This document shows, piece after piece, positions 1-8,382 of a DNA stretch of 60,726 bases; within the stretch, counting starts at the first letter, position 1, and each line of letters begins with the position of its first letter. Source of the DNA: a virus (lineage: Duplodnaviria; Caudoviricetes); IMG/VR virus record IMGVR_UViG_3300033076_001100, positions 1 through 60,726 of that record, one strand, 5' to 3'. The position numbers were made by a program, and so were the translations under genes. Below the pieces are notes generated by a model. That model saw only the letters and a list, made by a program, of their open reading frames with translations. It had not been told where the DNA came from and searched no databases.

Positions 1-203
1 GCCGCCAGACTCTTTCGGCAGTCATCGCACCAGTGCGAAAAGTCGGATGCGACGATCACAGGCTGCTGGGTGACGGTGTGTGCAAACAGAGTGCGTCCTT
101 TGCCACAACGTGGGCATGCCGGGATGAGGGTGGTTTTTCGACGATGTGCTTCAGACCATGCAAGGCTGGTCTCATAAGCGATCAGGTTGTCGGCGGTGAT
201 CAT
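1..203 (-). CDS. Zinc-finger hypothetical protein (79 aa), 5' part; continues across the junction into 60726..60690
   Basis: Own translation MITADNLIAYE...CPRC...CDDCRKSLAA|KANQLVSTFKS*; two CxxC motifs; stop overlaps the ATG of 60238..60693. Confidence 0.75.
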   Translation of the reverse strand, partial: MITADNLIAYETSLAWSEAHRRKTTLIPACPRCGKGRTLFAHTVTQQPVIVASDFSHWCDDCRKSLA

Positions 204-253
204 GCAGGAAGCGTAGCCTCGCAAACCGCATGTGTAAAGATGAATTTTCTGAA

Positions 254-754
254 TCAGCGAATTTTTTCAGAACGTGTCTTGACCCACAGACAGTTCGCTG
301 GGCTGAACGGAAGGGTGGTGTCCCTGCGTCCAAAGGTGTGACCATCGGGCCTGTCCCCCATGTCTCTACGGAAGGCGTCGAAGTTGTGCAGCCACTCGGG
401 GGCGACGGTGATGCCGCTGACATAGGTGTGGTGGCGGGGGTTGTAGCACTTGGTCTTCATCGACTGCCACACGCTATAGAGCGGGCTCTTGGTCTTGCCG
501 CTGCCTGACGCGATGCGTTTTTCCCGGCGTAGGCAGCCGCAGGACTGTGACTTGCGCTGTGTGAGCGAGCAATACCTCACACCGGTATTCTCGTTGCCAC
601 AGTCGCAGCGGCAGTGCCAGAGGCTCTGGTCGCCAGGTTTTGTGGGTGTCTGCGCCAGCACCGTCCACCTGCCGAAGCGTTTGCCGGTGAGATCGACGAA
701 AGACGTGCTGTGCTTGAAAAGGAACGAGGGGGTTACGTGAGGGAGGGGTTGCAT
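254..754 (-). CDS. HNH-family homing endonuclease-like protein, catalytic motif apparently degenerate
   Basis: DLTGKRFGRWTV, WHCRCDCG, SCGC, LYSVWQSMKTKC; HTFGRRDTTLPFSPANC instead of HTxDRIDNxGNYxPxNC; start moved to ATG 754. Confidence 0.8.
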   Translation of the reverse strand: MQPLPHVTPSFLFKHSTSFVDLTGKRFGRWTVLAQTPTKPGDQSLWHCRCDCGNENTGVRYCSLTQRKSQSCGCLRREKRIASGSGKTKSPLYSVWQSMKTKCYNPRHHTYVSGITVAPEWLHNFDAFRRDMGDRPDGHTFGRRDTTLPFSPANCLWVKTRSEKIR

Positions 755-1046
755 GGTGTAAGGTTGGAGAAAATAGCGAAAAATCGTCTGGGGTAGTACG
801 TGGAGGCGCTTGTGCGCGCCAGCCCCACCACCCCACCCGCGTGGTGTAGGCAGGGCACCACCCCACCCCAGGCACCCGGGCACCGTTGCACCGCTGCTAC
901 GCGGGACAGCCCCGGTACCTGGATGCAGGGAATGCCCGGCTAGCAGGATTACCTTATGCACTGGCTAGCGCATTCCGTCAACGATAAAAAGGATTTGCTA
1001 CATCCAAGATCACTAACGCCAAATGCAAATCTGTGAATCCCCGTAA

Positions 1047-1625
1047 CTATTCCCAAAACCCATCATCCGCTGTAATTGCTGGAGTGCTGACCGCCGGAGC
1101 CGGGGTTACGTCTCTGACCGGAGTTGAATTACCATCATAAACCATATCTACTGGAGGCCCAATGCTCATGCCACCGGCGAACAGTGACAAGGCTACAGGC
1201 GGAGCCTCGGTGTCCAGGAGTCCAGTCGCTTGTCGGGCGACGTGGACGGCGGCCTTAAGGTCAGACGCGCTCTGGATAACCACTTGATCTTCAGCAGCTT
1301 GTATAGCCTTGTACGCGACTTGGTAGCTGAGGGCGCGCAGCTTTTCCGCTTTCTGCTCCCAGGTCTCGGAATTCAATATATGCGAGCTAGATTCTTCACC
1401 CTTTTTCCCGGAAAAAGCGAGGTTTTGACCATTGGCGATGAAAGACGTAATACGCTTATTGAGTCTCGTTACTTTGGCCGGTGTCATCCAGTCTTCAGTC
1501 CGTATCCTACCCCAAATGGTAGCCTCGTTAACCTTGAATTGTTGACTCAGGTCAGGGATAGCGCATCCGAGTTCTGCCAGTCGCCGAATTTCCGGCCAGT
1601 CTGCTTTGATAGGTTGTCTTGCCAT
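1047..1625 (-). CDS. terS: Putative terminase small subunit
   Basis: N-terminal HTH (DWPEIRRLAELG..LSQQFKVNEATIWGRIRTEDW), helical middle, own promoter. Confidence 0.6.
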   Translation of the reverse strand: MARQPIKADWPEIRRLAELGCAIPDLSQQFKVNEATIWGRIRTEDWMTPAKVTRLNKRITSFIANGQNLAFSGKKGEESSSHILNSETWEQKAEKLRALSYQVAYKAIQAAEDQVVIQSASDLKAAVHVARQATGLLDTEAPPVALSLFAGGMSIGPPVDMVYDGNSTPVRDVTPAPAVSTPAITADDGFWE

Positions 1626-1637
1626 ATATAGTCCAGC

Positions 1638-1666
1638 AGGATAACGCGCTCTCCCATGGAGTTCAA
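1638..1666 (-). promoter_or_regulatory. Sigma70-like promoter for terS
   Basis: TTGAAC-N17-TATCCT on minus strand just upstream of ATG 1625. Confidence 0.5.
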
Positions 1667-1684
1667 GAGGGAGAATTTACGCGA

Positions 1685-1726
1685 CTACCGGCTCCACGGC
1701 TACCGGCTCCACGGCTCCACGGCTAC
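1685..1726. repeat. Short tandem repeat (CTACCGG/CTCCACGG units)
   Basis: ctaccggctccacgg ctaccggctccacgg ctccacgg ctac. Confidence 0.7.
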
Positions 1727-1737
1727 GCCTAGGCACG

Positions 1738-1777
1738 AAAAAGCCCCGTTACCGCCTATAGGGCGACAACGGGCCGC
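1738..1777 (-). terminator. Probable intrinsic terminator
   Basis: CCCGTT..CGCC/GGCG..AACGGG hairpin followed by a T-run on the minus strand. Confidence 0.5.
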
Positions 1778-1790
1778 ACTCTTCCATGTG

Positions 1791-2126
1791 CTAGCGCCGG
1801 AGATGCCGGAGAGCCGACTTGGTCCGCTCGTACGCTTCATCATCCCAGAAATCATCATCAGGCTTTTCAGCCGGTGCCACATGGAGCACAACGGCAGGTA
1901 AGGACGGCGGCGTGTCCGGGCGGCTCTCTCCCATGTGTGCAAGGCGGGTATCGGGTAACTGACCCTCGATGATGGGCGCGTCACGGTCCAGTTTCTCCCT
2001 AACGGCATCATTTAGCCAAGCGGTGAGGGAGCCGCGAATAGTTAGCAGCTCCAGCCGCTGCCGGTTGGAAGGATAGATGCTGAGAAGAGTTTTAAGCGGG
2101 ATCTTTTTGTTTGATAGTATGTCCAT
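1791..2126 (-). CDS. Hypothetical protein (possible ribbon-helix-helix-like N-terminus)
   Basis: 111 aa ORF with a strong upstream promoter; contains DDDFWD. Confidence 0.55.
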   Translation of the reverse strand: MDILSNKKIPLKTLLSIYPSNRQRLELLTIRGSLTAWLNDAVREKLDRDAPIIEGQLPDTRLAHMGESRPDTPPSLPAVVLHVAPAEKPDDDFWDDEAYERTKSALRHLRR

Positions 2127-2134
2127 AGATTTAC

Positions 2135-2163
2135 ATCGTATATCTGGTATATCATTATGTCAA
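2135..2163 (-). promoter_or_regulatory. Sigma70-like promoter
   Basis: TTGACA-N17-TACGAT on minus strand. Confidence 0.7.
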
Positions 2164-2173
2164 ATGTTTTGCG

Positions 2174-2308
2174 CTCTGTCCAGTTGTCCTGTGTCCAGTT
2201 CAATAATAGGTGGCAGCAGTTACTAAATTTTTAGTATATAATCTATATACTAAAAATTCTCTTCACATTAGGGGGTATAATATGATTTATCTGGACAACT
2301 GGACAGAG
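2174..2308. other. AT-rich nested inverted-repeat region, candidate replication origin
   Basis: 16-bp IR 2174-2189/2293-2308 encloses 15-bp IR 2226-2240/2244-2258; sits between divergent transcription units. Confidence 0.5.
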
Positions 2309-2351
2309 AAAAGGGTTTGGTTAAAATAATATATCTGTTATACCGTATATT

Positions 2352-2603
2352 ATGTACTTCATCCCCATCACCCCGGAAGAGCTAAACGAAACGTTGTTCA
2401 CCCCTAGCCAGCTAGCGGACTTGGAGAGAATCAAGACTCTCTCCAGAAGGTTCACTTGCTGGTTCTACATCGACAAGGATACGGGGAGCGCAGACGGCAA
2501 CACGTGCTTCTATGGGAAAAAGGAAGCCCTCGCTAAATGGAAGGAGGGGCACAAGGTGTACATCGTGAAAAAGAGGCGGAAAGATAAAAATATATACTTT
2601 TGA
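2352..2603 (+). CDS. Hypothetical protein
   Basis: 83 aa ORF, first rightward gene. Confidence 0.6.
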   Translation: MYFIPITPEELNETLFTPSQLADLERIKTLSRRFTCWFYIDKDTGSADGNTCFYGKKEALAKWKEGHKVYIVKKRRKDKNIYF

Positions 2604-2605
2604 GT

Positions 2606-2636
2606 TTGACAGGGTGAATTTTCACCCTCATATATA
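2606..2636 (+). promoter_or_regulatory. Early promoter with palindromic operator-like spacer
   Basis: TTGACA overlapping AGGGTGAA-TT-TTCACCCT, then CATATATA. Confidence 0.6.
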
Positions 2637-2641
2637 GGCGC

Positions 2642-2773
2642 ATGAAGCTTTACCATTTTCTCAGAATCAGAATCGGCACCGCCCTATACGTCATCGCCTG
2701 TCTCTCCCTCCCTGCTTCCATTGTGGCACTCTTCTGCGCCGCACTGGTGGTTGAATCCAAACTGCACCACTAA
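2642..2773 (+). CDS. Small single-TM membrane protein, copy 1 (43 aa)
   Basis: MKLYHFLRIRIGTALYVIACLSLPASIVALFCAALVVESKLHH; paralog at 3587..3706. Confidence 0.65.
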   Translation: MKLYHFLRIRIGTALYVIACLSLPASIVALFCAALVVESKLHH

Positions 2774-2785
2774 CCTCCCCACCCC

Positions 2786-2977
2786 ATGAACGCACAAACC
2801 ACTGCCCGCCTTTTCGGCTGCACACCCGGCCAAGCTGAAGAGCAGATGCGCAAAAACATCGCTCAGCTTGAATCCATGCACAGCAAAGCCCTTTCCACTG
2901 GTAAAAAGGTGAACGGCTACACCGCTGATGCACTGGCCGACATCATCCGCAAAACAAAGAAAGGATGGAATCTGTGA
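2786..2977 (+). CDS. Hypothetical protein
   Basis: 63 aa ORF, stop overlaps next GTG start. Confidence 0.6.
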   Translation: MNAQTTARLFGCTPGQAEEQMRKNIAQLESMHSKALSTGKKVNGYTADALADIIRKTKKGWNL

Positions 2978-3549
2978 AAGTTCTTGTTGCATGCGAAAGC
3001 TCTGGACGTGTCAGAGACGCATTCCTTGCCTTGGGGCATGATGCAGTGTCATGTGACTTGCTGCCTACTGAATCACCCGGCCCACATATCCAAGGTGACG
3101 TGCTGCCCCTGCTCAGGCAGAGATGGGACTTGGTGATTGCGCATCCTCCTTGCACCTACCTCTGCAACTCTGGCGTCCGCTGGCTGCATGAACGCCCCGA
3201 AAGGTGGGCGCAAATGGAAGCAGGTGCCGCCTTCTTTCTGGCGTGCCTCAACGCAAATGCCCCTCGCGTGCTGGTTGAAAACCCCGTCATGCACAAATAC
3301 GCACGTGCCATTGTCGGCAGGGGACCAGCTTTCACCGTCCAGCCTTGGCAGTTTGGCGACAACTTTAAGAAACGCACCTGCTTCTGGACTCGTGGTGGTG
3401 TCAAGACCCTGATTCCCACCTCAACCCTTGATGGCAGCACAGCCGTAGCGGAATGCCACCTTGCCAGCCCCGGCCCGGACCGATGGAAACTCCGCAGCGC
3501 CACATACCCCGGAATTGCGCGCGCATTGGCTGAACAACTCTCCCACTAA
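2974..3549 (+). CDS. Short phage DNA (cytosine-5) methyltransferase-like protein
   Basis: KVLVACESSG (motif I-like), AHPPC (catalytic PC), ENP, KRTCFW. Confidence 0.75.
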   Translation: MKVLVACESSGRVRDAFLALGHDAVSCDLLPTESPGPHIQGDVLPLLRQRWDLVIAHPPCTYLCNSGVRWLHERPERWAQMEAGAAFFLACLNANAPRVLVENPVMHKYARAIVGRGPAFTVQPWQFGDNFKKRTCFWTRGGVKTLIPTSTLDGSTAVAECHLASPGPDRWKLRSATYPGIARALAEQLSH

Positions 3550-3586
3550 CCGTGCCCATGAAGCCTCACACCATCAAATCCGACTC

Positions 3587-3706
3587 ATGAAAACACTCGA
3601 AACAATCGGCACCGCCCTATACGTCATCGCCTGTCTCTCCCTCCCTGCTTCCATTGTGGCACTCTTCTGTGCTGCACTGGTTGTAGAGGCCAAGCTTCAC
3701 CCCTAA
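3587..3706 (+). CDS. Small single-TM membrane protein, copy 2 (39 aa)
   Basis: MKTLETIGTALYVIACLSLPASIVALFCAALVVEAKLHP. Confidence 0.65.
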   Translation: MKTLETIGTALYVIACLSLPASIVALFCAALVVEAKLHP

Positions 3707-3719
3707 ACCACGCCACCCC

Positions 3720-4070
3720 ATGAACACCTATCACATTTATTTCCTTGGCCGCCGCTCCGGCGCAATTGGCGCATACTACCCTTGCCGCGTCATTATCAAT
3801 GCTGCCAGCGCCAGCGGTGCCATGAAGCAGTTTCGTGCCAACTCCGCCGCACTTGGATACGAGTACGGGCCTGGATACTGCTTTGCCTCCTACCGTGGCA
3901 ATGGCCAGACATTCGGCGAGTACATGCTCCGCGTCTTGAATGCTAACAACTTTAACGATTCTCTCCGCTGGCATGCACTGTGCCGCAAGATCGAAAGTCA
4001 CACCACCAAACGTCCTGGCTCGCTTGTTACTCTTGTTGGCAATGGCAAGTATCAAGTTGTCACCGCCTGA
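3720..4070 (+). CDS. Hypothetical early protein
   Basis: 116 aa ORF with C-rich leader. Confidence 0.6.
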   Translation: MNTYHIYFLGRRSGAIGAYYPCRVIINAASASGAMKQFRANSAALGYEYGPGYCFASYRGNGQTFGEYMLRVLNANNFNDSLRWHALCRKIESHTTKRPGSLVTLVGNGKYQVVTA

Positions 4071-4128
4071 TTTCTCCCGTGTGGCCACAAGCTCAGGCTC
4101 GTGGCCATCGGGGAGCAATCCCGCTCCG
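4068..4128 (+). ncRNA. Repeated structured intergenic element, copy 1
   Basis: GATTTCTCCC-hairpin-GGGAGCAATCCCGCTCCG; related copies at 5630 and 6375. Confidence 0.5.
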
Positions 4129-4144
4129 CCACAATATCAGGCCC

Positions 4145-4405
4145 ATGAACTACACCTATCAAGAATGCAGCAATTCAGGCAGCTTTAGCCCGCCCAATGG
4201 CACCAATGTAAGCCACGCAACCAGCAAACGCCAGCTTGTCCGCGCATTGGAGTACTGGCAGGCATGGCATAACCGAGTTGGAAGTGACGAACGAGAGGCC
4301 AGCTTGCTCGTATGGGAAGGCACGTTGGATGATGTCACAGACATTTACCCCGACTTTGAAGTCAAAACAGGCCCCCGCATGGGTGTAACCTTTACACGCT
4401 GCTAA
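4145..4405 (+). CDS. Hypothetical early protein
   Basis: Starts MNYTYQEC after the structured element. Confidence 0.6.
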   Translation: MNYTYQECSNSGSFSPPNGTNVSHATSKRQLVRALEYWQAWHNRVGSDEREASLLVWEGTLDDVTDIYPDFEVKTGPRMGVTFTRC

Positions 4406-4535
4406 TCATGAAGCCTCATATCATCAAATCCGACTCAAACGGCACCACTGACAACGTCGCCGCATGGCGTGCCAATATGCAGCGTCACCTCGCCGGAGCA
4501 CTCCGCCGCCAGTATCACGTCAAACTCGAAAAACC

Positions 4536-4745
4536 ATGAAATTCCTAACTGACACTGTGTCCTTGCGAGTCAAACGACTTCGCGCCTACCGCGCAGATCA
4601 ATACACTTTCAGCCCCCCGCCAGTTTACTGCGGAAATTGGGATGAGCAGGCATGGTGCAACCATGTGCAATTTAACGACAAGGCCCTTACGGGTTTCCTG
4701 CCATACGACAACGTGAAACACAAAGATGCGATGAACCGCATTTAA
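4536..4745 (+). CDS. Hypothetical early protein
   Basis: Starts MKFLTD with AAACC leader. Confidence 0.5.
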   Translation: MKFLTDTVSLRVKRLRAYRADQYTFSPPPVYCGNWDEQAWCNHVQFNDKALTGFLPYDNVKHKDAMNRI

Positions 4746-4749
4746 TGCC

Positions 4750-4959
4750 ATGACACCCATTTTCCTCGTTCTCTCCCTTCGTCAAATTGAAGAGCTTGCC
4801 AGTGCCATCCGCGCCCACCGTGGTCCGCAGGCTCCCGCCTCCTCGTGTGTCGTGATTGAAGGGCATGCGTTGCCTCCCAGGAATGGCGACAACGCCGGGC
4901 TGGTGACGCATATCCGCTACAAGGTGGCGGGGGCCATTGAATCGCACAACCTGTATTAA
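4750..4959 (+). CDS. Hypothetical early protein
   Basis: 69 aa ORF in tightly packed array. Confidence 0.55.
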   Translation: MTPIFLVLSLRQIEELASAIRAHRGPQAPASSCVVIEGHALPPRNGDNAGLVTHIRYKVAGAIESHNLY

Positions 4960-4979
4960 ACACCATACCAGAAACTACC

Positions 4980-5243
4980 ATGAAAACAAAAGGCATTCTG
5001 CCATCTACCGTCAACGGGAGAACAGTAAAAAATCTAGGCTGGCTTCTTCGCCACTGGAAAGAGGTCAAGAGTTTCACCATTGAGCCGCACCCGCCCTCTG
5101 ACACCATCGCCGAATGTGTGCTTGTCGCCACGCTCAAAAATGGCGCTGGCGAGTATCGCACGGGATTTGCTTGCAAGGATATCCTGAGAGACTGGCTGAA
5201 CCGTCCAGTCTTTCGCGGACTGCCCCAAACATGGAACATCTAA
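4980..5243 (+). CDS. Hypothetical early protein flanked by 26-bp direct repeats
   Basis: 87 aa; VKNLGWLLRHW motif. Confidence 0.65.
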   Translation: MKTKGILPSTVNGRTVKNLGWLLRHWKEVKSFTIEPHPPSDTIAECVLVATLKNGAGEYRTGFACKDILRDWLNRPVFRGLPQTWNI

Positions 5244-5263
5244 ACACCATACCAGAAAATACC

Positions 5264-5632
5264 ATGCAAACTACTGAACAGATATATGATGAAATTATGG
5301 AAAGTGAAGTCTTTCGCATTGACGGTGCAAAGATCAACCTGCCGAAAAAGCTGATTGAACTGGCGGACGCCATCAAGGCGGAGGATGAAACCGATTGGAG
5401 CATGGGAGAGTTCACGGAAGCACCGCTTTCTGACCTCATCCCCGGAGCCTATTGGTCGCTTACCGAGTGGCACGGCGGCCAGGCATCAGAGTCCTATGCG
5501 GCTTTGTGCGCGCTTGGCTCCATATTCGGCCCCGGTATGAGCGGCACGCCTAATGAGGATGAACCGGAGTTCACAGCGTACGACCTGTGCAACCGCTGGT
5601 TTGAATCCCGCCAGAAAAAGGAGGCCGCATGA
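5264..5632 (+). CDS. Acidic hypothetical early protein
   Basis: Starts MQTTEQ; D/E-rich; AYWSLTEWHGGQASESYAALC. Confidence 0.65.
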   Translation: MQTTEQIYDEIMESEVFRIDGAKINLPKKLIELADAIKAEDETDWSMGEFTEAPLSDLIPGAYWSLTEWHGGQASESYAALCALGSIFGPGMSGTPNEDEPEFTAYDLCNRWFESRQKKEAA

Positions 5633-5692
5633 TCCCCCCCCGCCTGCTTCTCTGCTCATCGCGGGGAGGCAGTAGGGGGCAACCCCGCCCCG
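5630..5692 (+). ncRNA. Repeated structured intergenic element, copy 2
   Basis: GATCCCCCC-hairpin (G-U rich)-GGGGGCAACCCCGCCCCG. Confidence 0.5.
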
Positions 5693-5725
5693 GCAAGAAA
5701 AACGAACGACACCAGACCCACACAC

Positions 5726-6142
5726 ATGAAAGCCACATACGACCCGAACAAAAAGACAAAATGGACAACCTCACACCGCAAGGAGGGAAAATGCTTTTTT
5801 TCTTCAATGCAGGTAGTGAGCCTTGCCGACAAGCCAGACGGGCATGGCGTGCTAAACGCCAGAATCGAAGCACGCCTGTATGGCAACGGCGAATCAAATA
5901 CCTGTTGCCTTTGGGTGTGGGATGTCGATTCCAGCGGCAAATGCACGCAAGGCAGCGGCCACGCTGGCGGCGGCGGGTATCACCGCGAATCCGCAGCAAT
6001 GCAGGCCGCGATTGACAACGCTGGCTTTACCCTTTCCAAGTCCATCGACGGAGTCGGGGAAACCGCCATGCGCGAGGCACTGCTGGCAATTGCCAAGTGT
6101 GTCGGCGTGAAACGTCCTGCCATCATCGAGAGCCACCCATGA
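5726..6142 (+). CDS. Hypothetical early protein
   Basis: 138 aa; GSGHAGGGGYHRESAA motif. Confidence 0.7.
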   Translation: MKATYDPNKKTKWTTSHRKEGKCFFSSMQVVSLADKPDGHGVLNARIEARLYGNGESNTCCLWVWDVDSSGKCTQGSGHAGGGGYHRESAAMQAAIDNAGFTLSKSIDGVGETAMREALLAIAKCVGVKRPAIIESHP

Positions 6143-6369
6143 ACACCAGCTATTACACGGGCAGGCCAACGGGGAGCCACCCGCCACCTAAGACGTGCGA
6201 CTGTTATATCTCCCCATGCAAACATGACTTTGAACGAGTCGGCCCTACGCTCGGAGACTGGCCCATCTTCCGAGTGCCAAACGCCAAAGGAAAACTGGTG
6301 ACAGTGCGGGCATGCAGTGAAGCAGGGGCGCGCTTTGTGGCGCTCAATCATTGCGCGCATAACCGATAA
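6139..6369 (+). CDS. Hypothetical Cys-containing protein
   Basis: ATGA overlap with previous gene. Confidence 0.5.
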   Translation: MNTSYYTGRPTGSHPPPKTCDCYISPCKHDFERVGPTLGDWPIFRVPNAKGKLVTVRACSEAGARFVALNHCAHNR

Positions 6370-6374
6370 GCCCC

Positions 6375-6430
6375 GATTCCTCCCGGCAGTGCATCCTTCG
6401 GGGTGCATTGCATGGAGCAATCCCGCCCCG
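6375..6430 (+). ncRNA. Repeated structured intergenic element, copy 3
   Basis: GATTCCTCCC-UUCG hairpin-GGAGCAATCCCGCCCCG. Confidence 0.5.
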
Positions 6431-6457
6431 ACAAGAAAAACGAACGACACCGAAACC

Positions 6458-6631
6458 ATGAAAACCACTGATGATATACTAAAACGCTACGCTGTCACCT
6501 CAAGCAAAACCCTGCCAAGCGGAGAAACTGCCATTCGCAAGGGAGGCATGTGGCTTTACTTCTGGTTTAACCCAAAAACTAAGAAATTTGAACAAAGCGG
6601 CAGTTCTTCCATGCTCTACCCAAATCCATGA
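6458..6631 (+). CDS. Hypothetical early protein
   Basis: Preceded by repeated leader GAAAAACGAACGACACC. Confidence 0.55.
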   Translation: MKTTDDILKRYAVTSSKTLPSGETAIRKGGMWLYFWFNPKTKKFEQSGSSSMLYPNP

Positions 6632-6685
6632 TCCCACCCACCCTTGAACAGCAGAGCCACCCGAAAAACGAACGACACCGACAAT

Positions 6686-6871
6686 ATGAAAACACCACCA
6701 GATACGACAGTGAGAGCCTTTGTTTTCCTGTTCAAAAATACCAGAGGGCGCAACTCGCTCTCAAGTCAGGTAAAAGGGCCTGGACTCACTGCTGAGAAAG
6801 CATTGGAGTTCACCACGGAATACGTGCGACAGAACCTTATCCAAATCTACGAAGTGCCTCCCTCCCCATGA
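6686..6871 (+). CDS. Hypothetical early protein
   Basis: Same repeated leader; flanked by 30-bp direct repeats. Confidence 0.55.
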   Translation: MKTPPDTTVRAFVFLFKNTRGRNSLSSQVKGPGLTAEKALEFTTEYVRQNLIQIYEVPPSP

Positions 6872-6985
6872 TCCCGCCCGCCCTTGAACAGCAGATCCAG
6901 CAGCAAATTTCCGACACCCGCTCGCAAGCCGTCCTGTCATGGGCGGCGGCACGGGAGGCGGAGAATAGGAACAACGCACGACACC

Positions 6986-7162
6986 ATGAACGAACGCCGC
7001 GCCATCCAGGCAATCAACTCCACGCCCCGTTACAAAGTGGCGGAGGGAAGCAGGCCGTGTGAAATCACACCGGACCAGCAGCGCGCTGCATTGATTGTGG
7101 GCAGGCTTTTGCTTCACGCCCACAAAAGAGGCAAGCGCCGCAAGGGCAGATGGACAATCTAA
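6986..7162 (+). CDS. Small basic hypothetical protein
   Basis: Leader GAACAACGCACGACACC-ATG. Confidence 0.5.
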   Translation: MNERRAIQAINSTPRYKVAEGSRPCEITPDQQRAALIVGRLLLHAHKRGKRRKGRWTI

Positions 7163-7185
7163 CCACAAGAACAACGCACGACACC

Positions 7186-7392
7186 ATGACCTTTCTTCAT
7201 CCCGCAAACTACCACGCCATGAAATCGAACACCACCACACACCCGGCACCGGAGAAACGCACGGCACCGCCACGCAAGGGCATCACCCCCACCGGCTACC
7301 CCTGCGACCGCGTCACTGACAACCGCACATCCTGGCGCAAACGGTTCCAGCGTGTGACAACCGCAACCGACTTCACGGAGGCCGCACGATGA
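7186..7392 (+). CDS. Small hypothetical protein, paralog of 10946..11131
   Basis: [10 protein letters not shown] motif. Confidence 0.55.
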   Translation: MTFLHPANYHAMKSNTTTHPAPEKRTAPPRKGITPTGYPCDRVTDNRTSWRKRFQRVTTATDFTEAAR

Positions 7393-8060
7393 AAACCGAG
7401 GAAATAAGAAACATACTTGAACAGCATAGGCAATGGCTGAACGATAAAAGCACAGGCACACGGGCAAACCTGCGCGGGGCAAACCTGGGCGGGGCAAACC
7501 TGAGCGGGGCATACCTGAGCGGGGCATACCTGAGCGGGGCATACCTGAGCGGGGCAAACCTGGGCGGGGCATACCTGTACAAGGCAGACCTGAACGGGGC
7601 AAACCTGTACAAGGCAGACCTGAACGGGGCATACCTGAGAGAGGCAGGCCTGAGAGGGGCAGGCCTGAGAGAGGCAGGCCTGAGAGAGGCAAACCTGTAC
7701 AAGGCGGACCTGAGCGGGGCAAACTTGCGCGGGGCAAACTTGAGCGGGGCAAACCTGCGCGAGGCAAACCTGTGCAAGGCAGACCTGAACGGGGCAGACC
7801 TGAAAGGGGCAAACCTGCGCGAGGCAAACCTGAGCCAAGCGCAAAATATCCTCTACGGTCAAGTCTCGTTTGCCTCTCACGGAGAATGCGGGAGGCAGCT
7901 CTCAGCGGTCATGATCGCAGAGAAATGGGTGTTTTTCTGCGGCTGCTTCCGTGGCTCATTGGCCGCGCTGGAAGCATACATTGCCAATGGCAGTGAAGAA
8001 CACAAAGCGTCACGCACACGTGCTCTGAACGCCATCAAGGCCATCTGCGAAATCCCATGA
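7389..8060 (+). CDS. Pentapeptide repeat protein
   Basis: Long run of A[NDY]LxG-type pentapeptides; [10 protein letters not shown]-terminus; CGCFRG C-terminal domain. Confidence 0.92.
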   Translation: MKTEEIRNILEQHRQWLNDKSTGTRANLRGANLGGANLSGAYLSGAYLSGAYLSGANLGGAYLYKADLNGANLYKADLNGAYLREAGLRGAGLREAGLREANLYKADLSGANLRGANLSGANLREANLCKADLNGADLKGANLREANLSQAQNILYGQVSFASHGECGRQLSAVMIAEKWVFFCGCFRGSLAALEAYIANGSEEHKASRTRALNAIKAICEIP

Positions 8061-8115
8061 AATCCGCCTGCTGCTTAAACGACACAAGAGACAAACTAAA
8101 ACCGAATAAAAACCA

Positions 8116-8316
8116 ATGGAAACCAACGAAAAACTGCGGGACTTTCCGCGCCTTGAAAGAGATGGAAAAGTAGCCGTGCTGTACTCCCCCGGATACGGGG
8201 CAGGGTGGAGCACGACAGCTGCGAATCAATCCACGTCATCGGCTCTCGAAATTACATGGTGGCATAATGCCCTCATACGCCGTGCTTCTCCTCTTCGGGG
8301 AGGAGCGCGGAAATGA
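8116..8316 (+). CDS. Hypothetical protein, possibly truncated
   Basis: KVAVLYSPGYGAGWST motif recalled from phage proteins. Confidence 0.45.
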   Translation: METNEKLRDFPRLERDGKVAVLYSPGYGAGWSTTAANQSTSSALEITWWHNALIRRASPLRGGARK

Positions 8317-8382
8317 GCGCAAACGCTCAACCCTTCACCCCGTGGCCGGGGGTGCAGGGCAAACGCTGGCCGCAATAAACAC

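Noticed and set aside
7460-7840. 15-bp tandem repeats as a CRISPR array or VNTR
   Set aside because: No spacers; fully explained by pentapeptide-repeat coding. The repetitive antisense ORFs are shadows.
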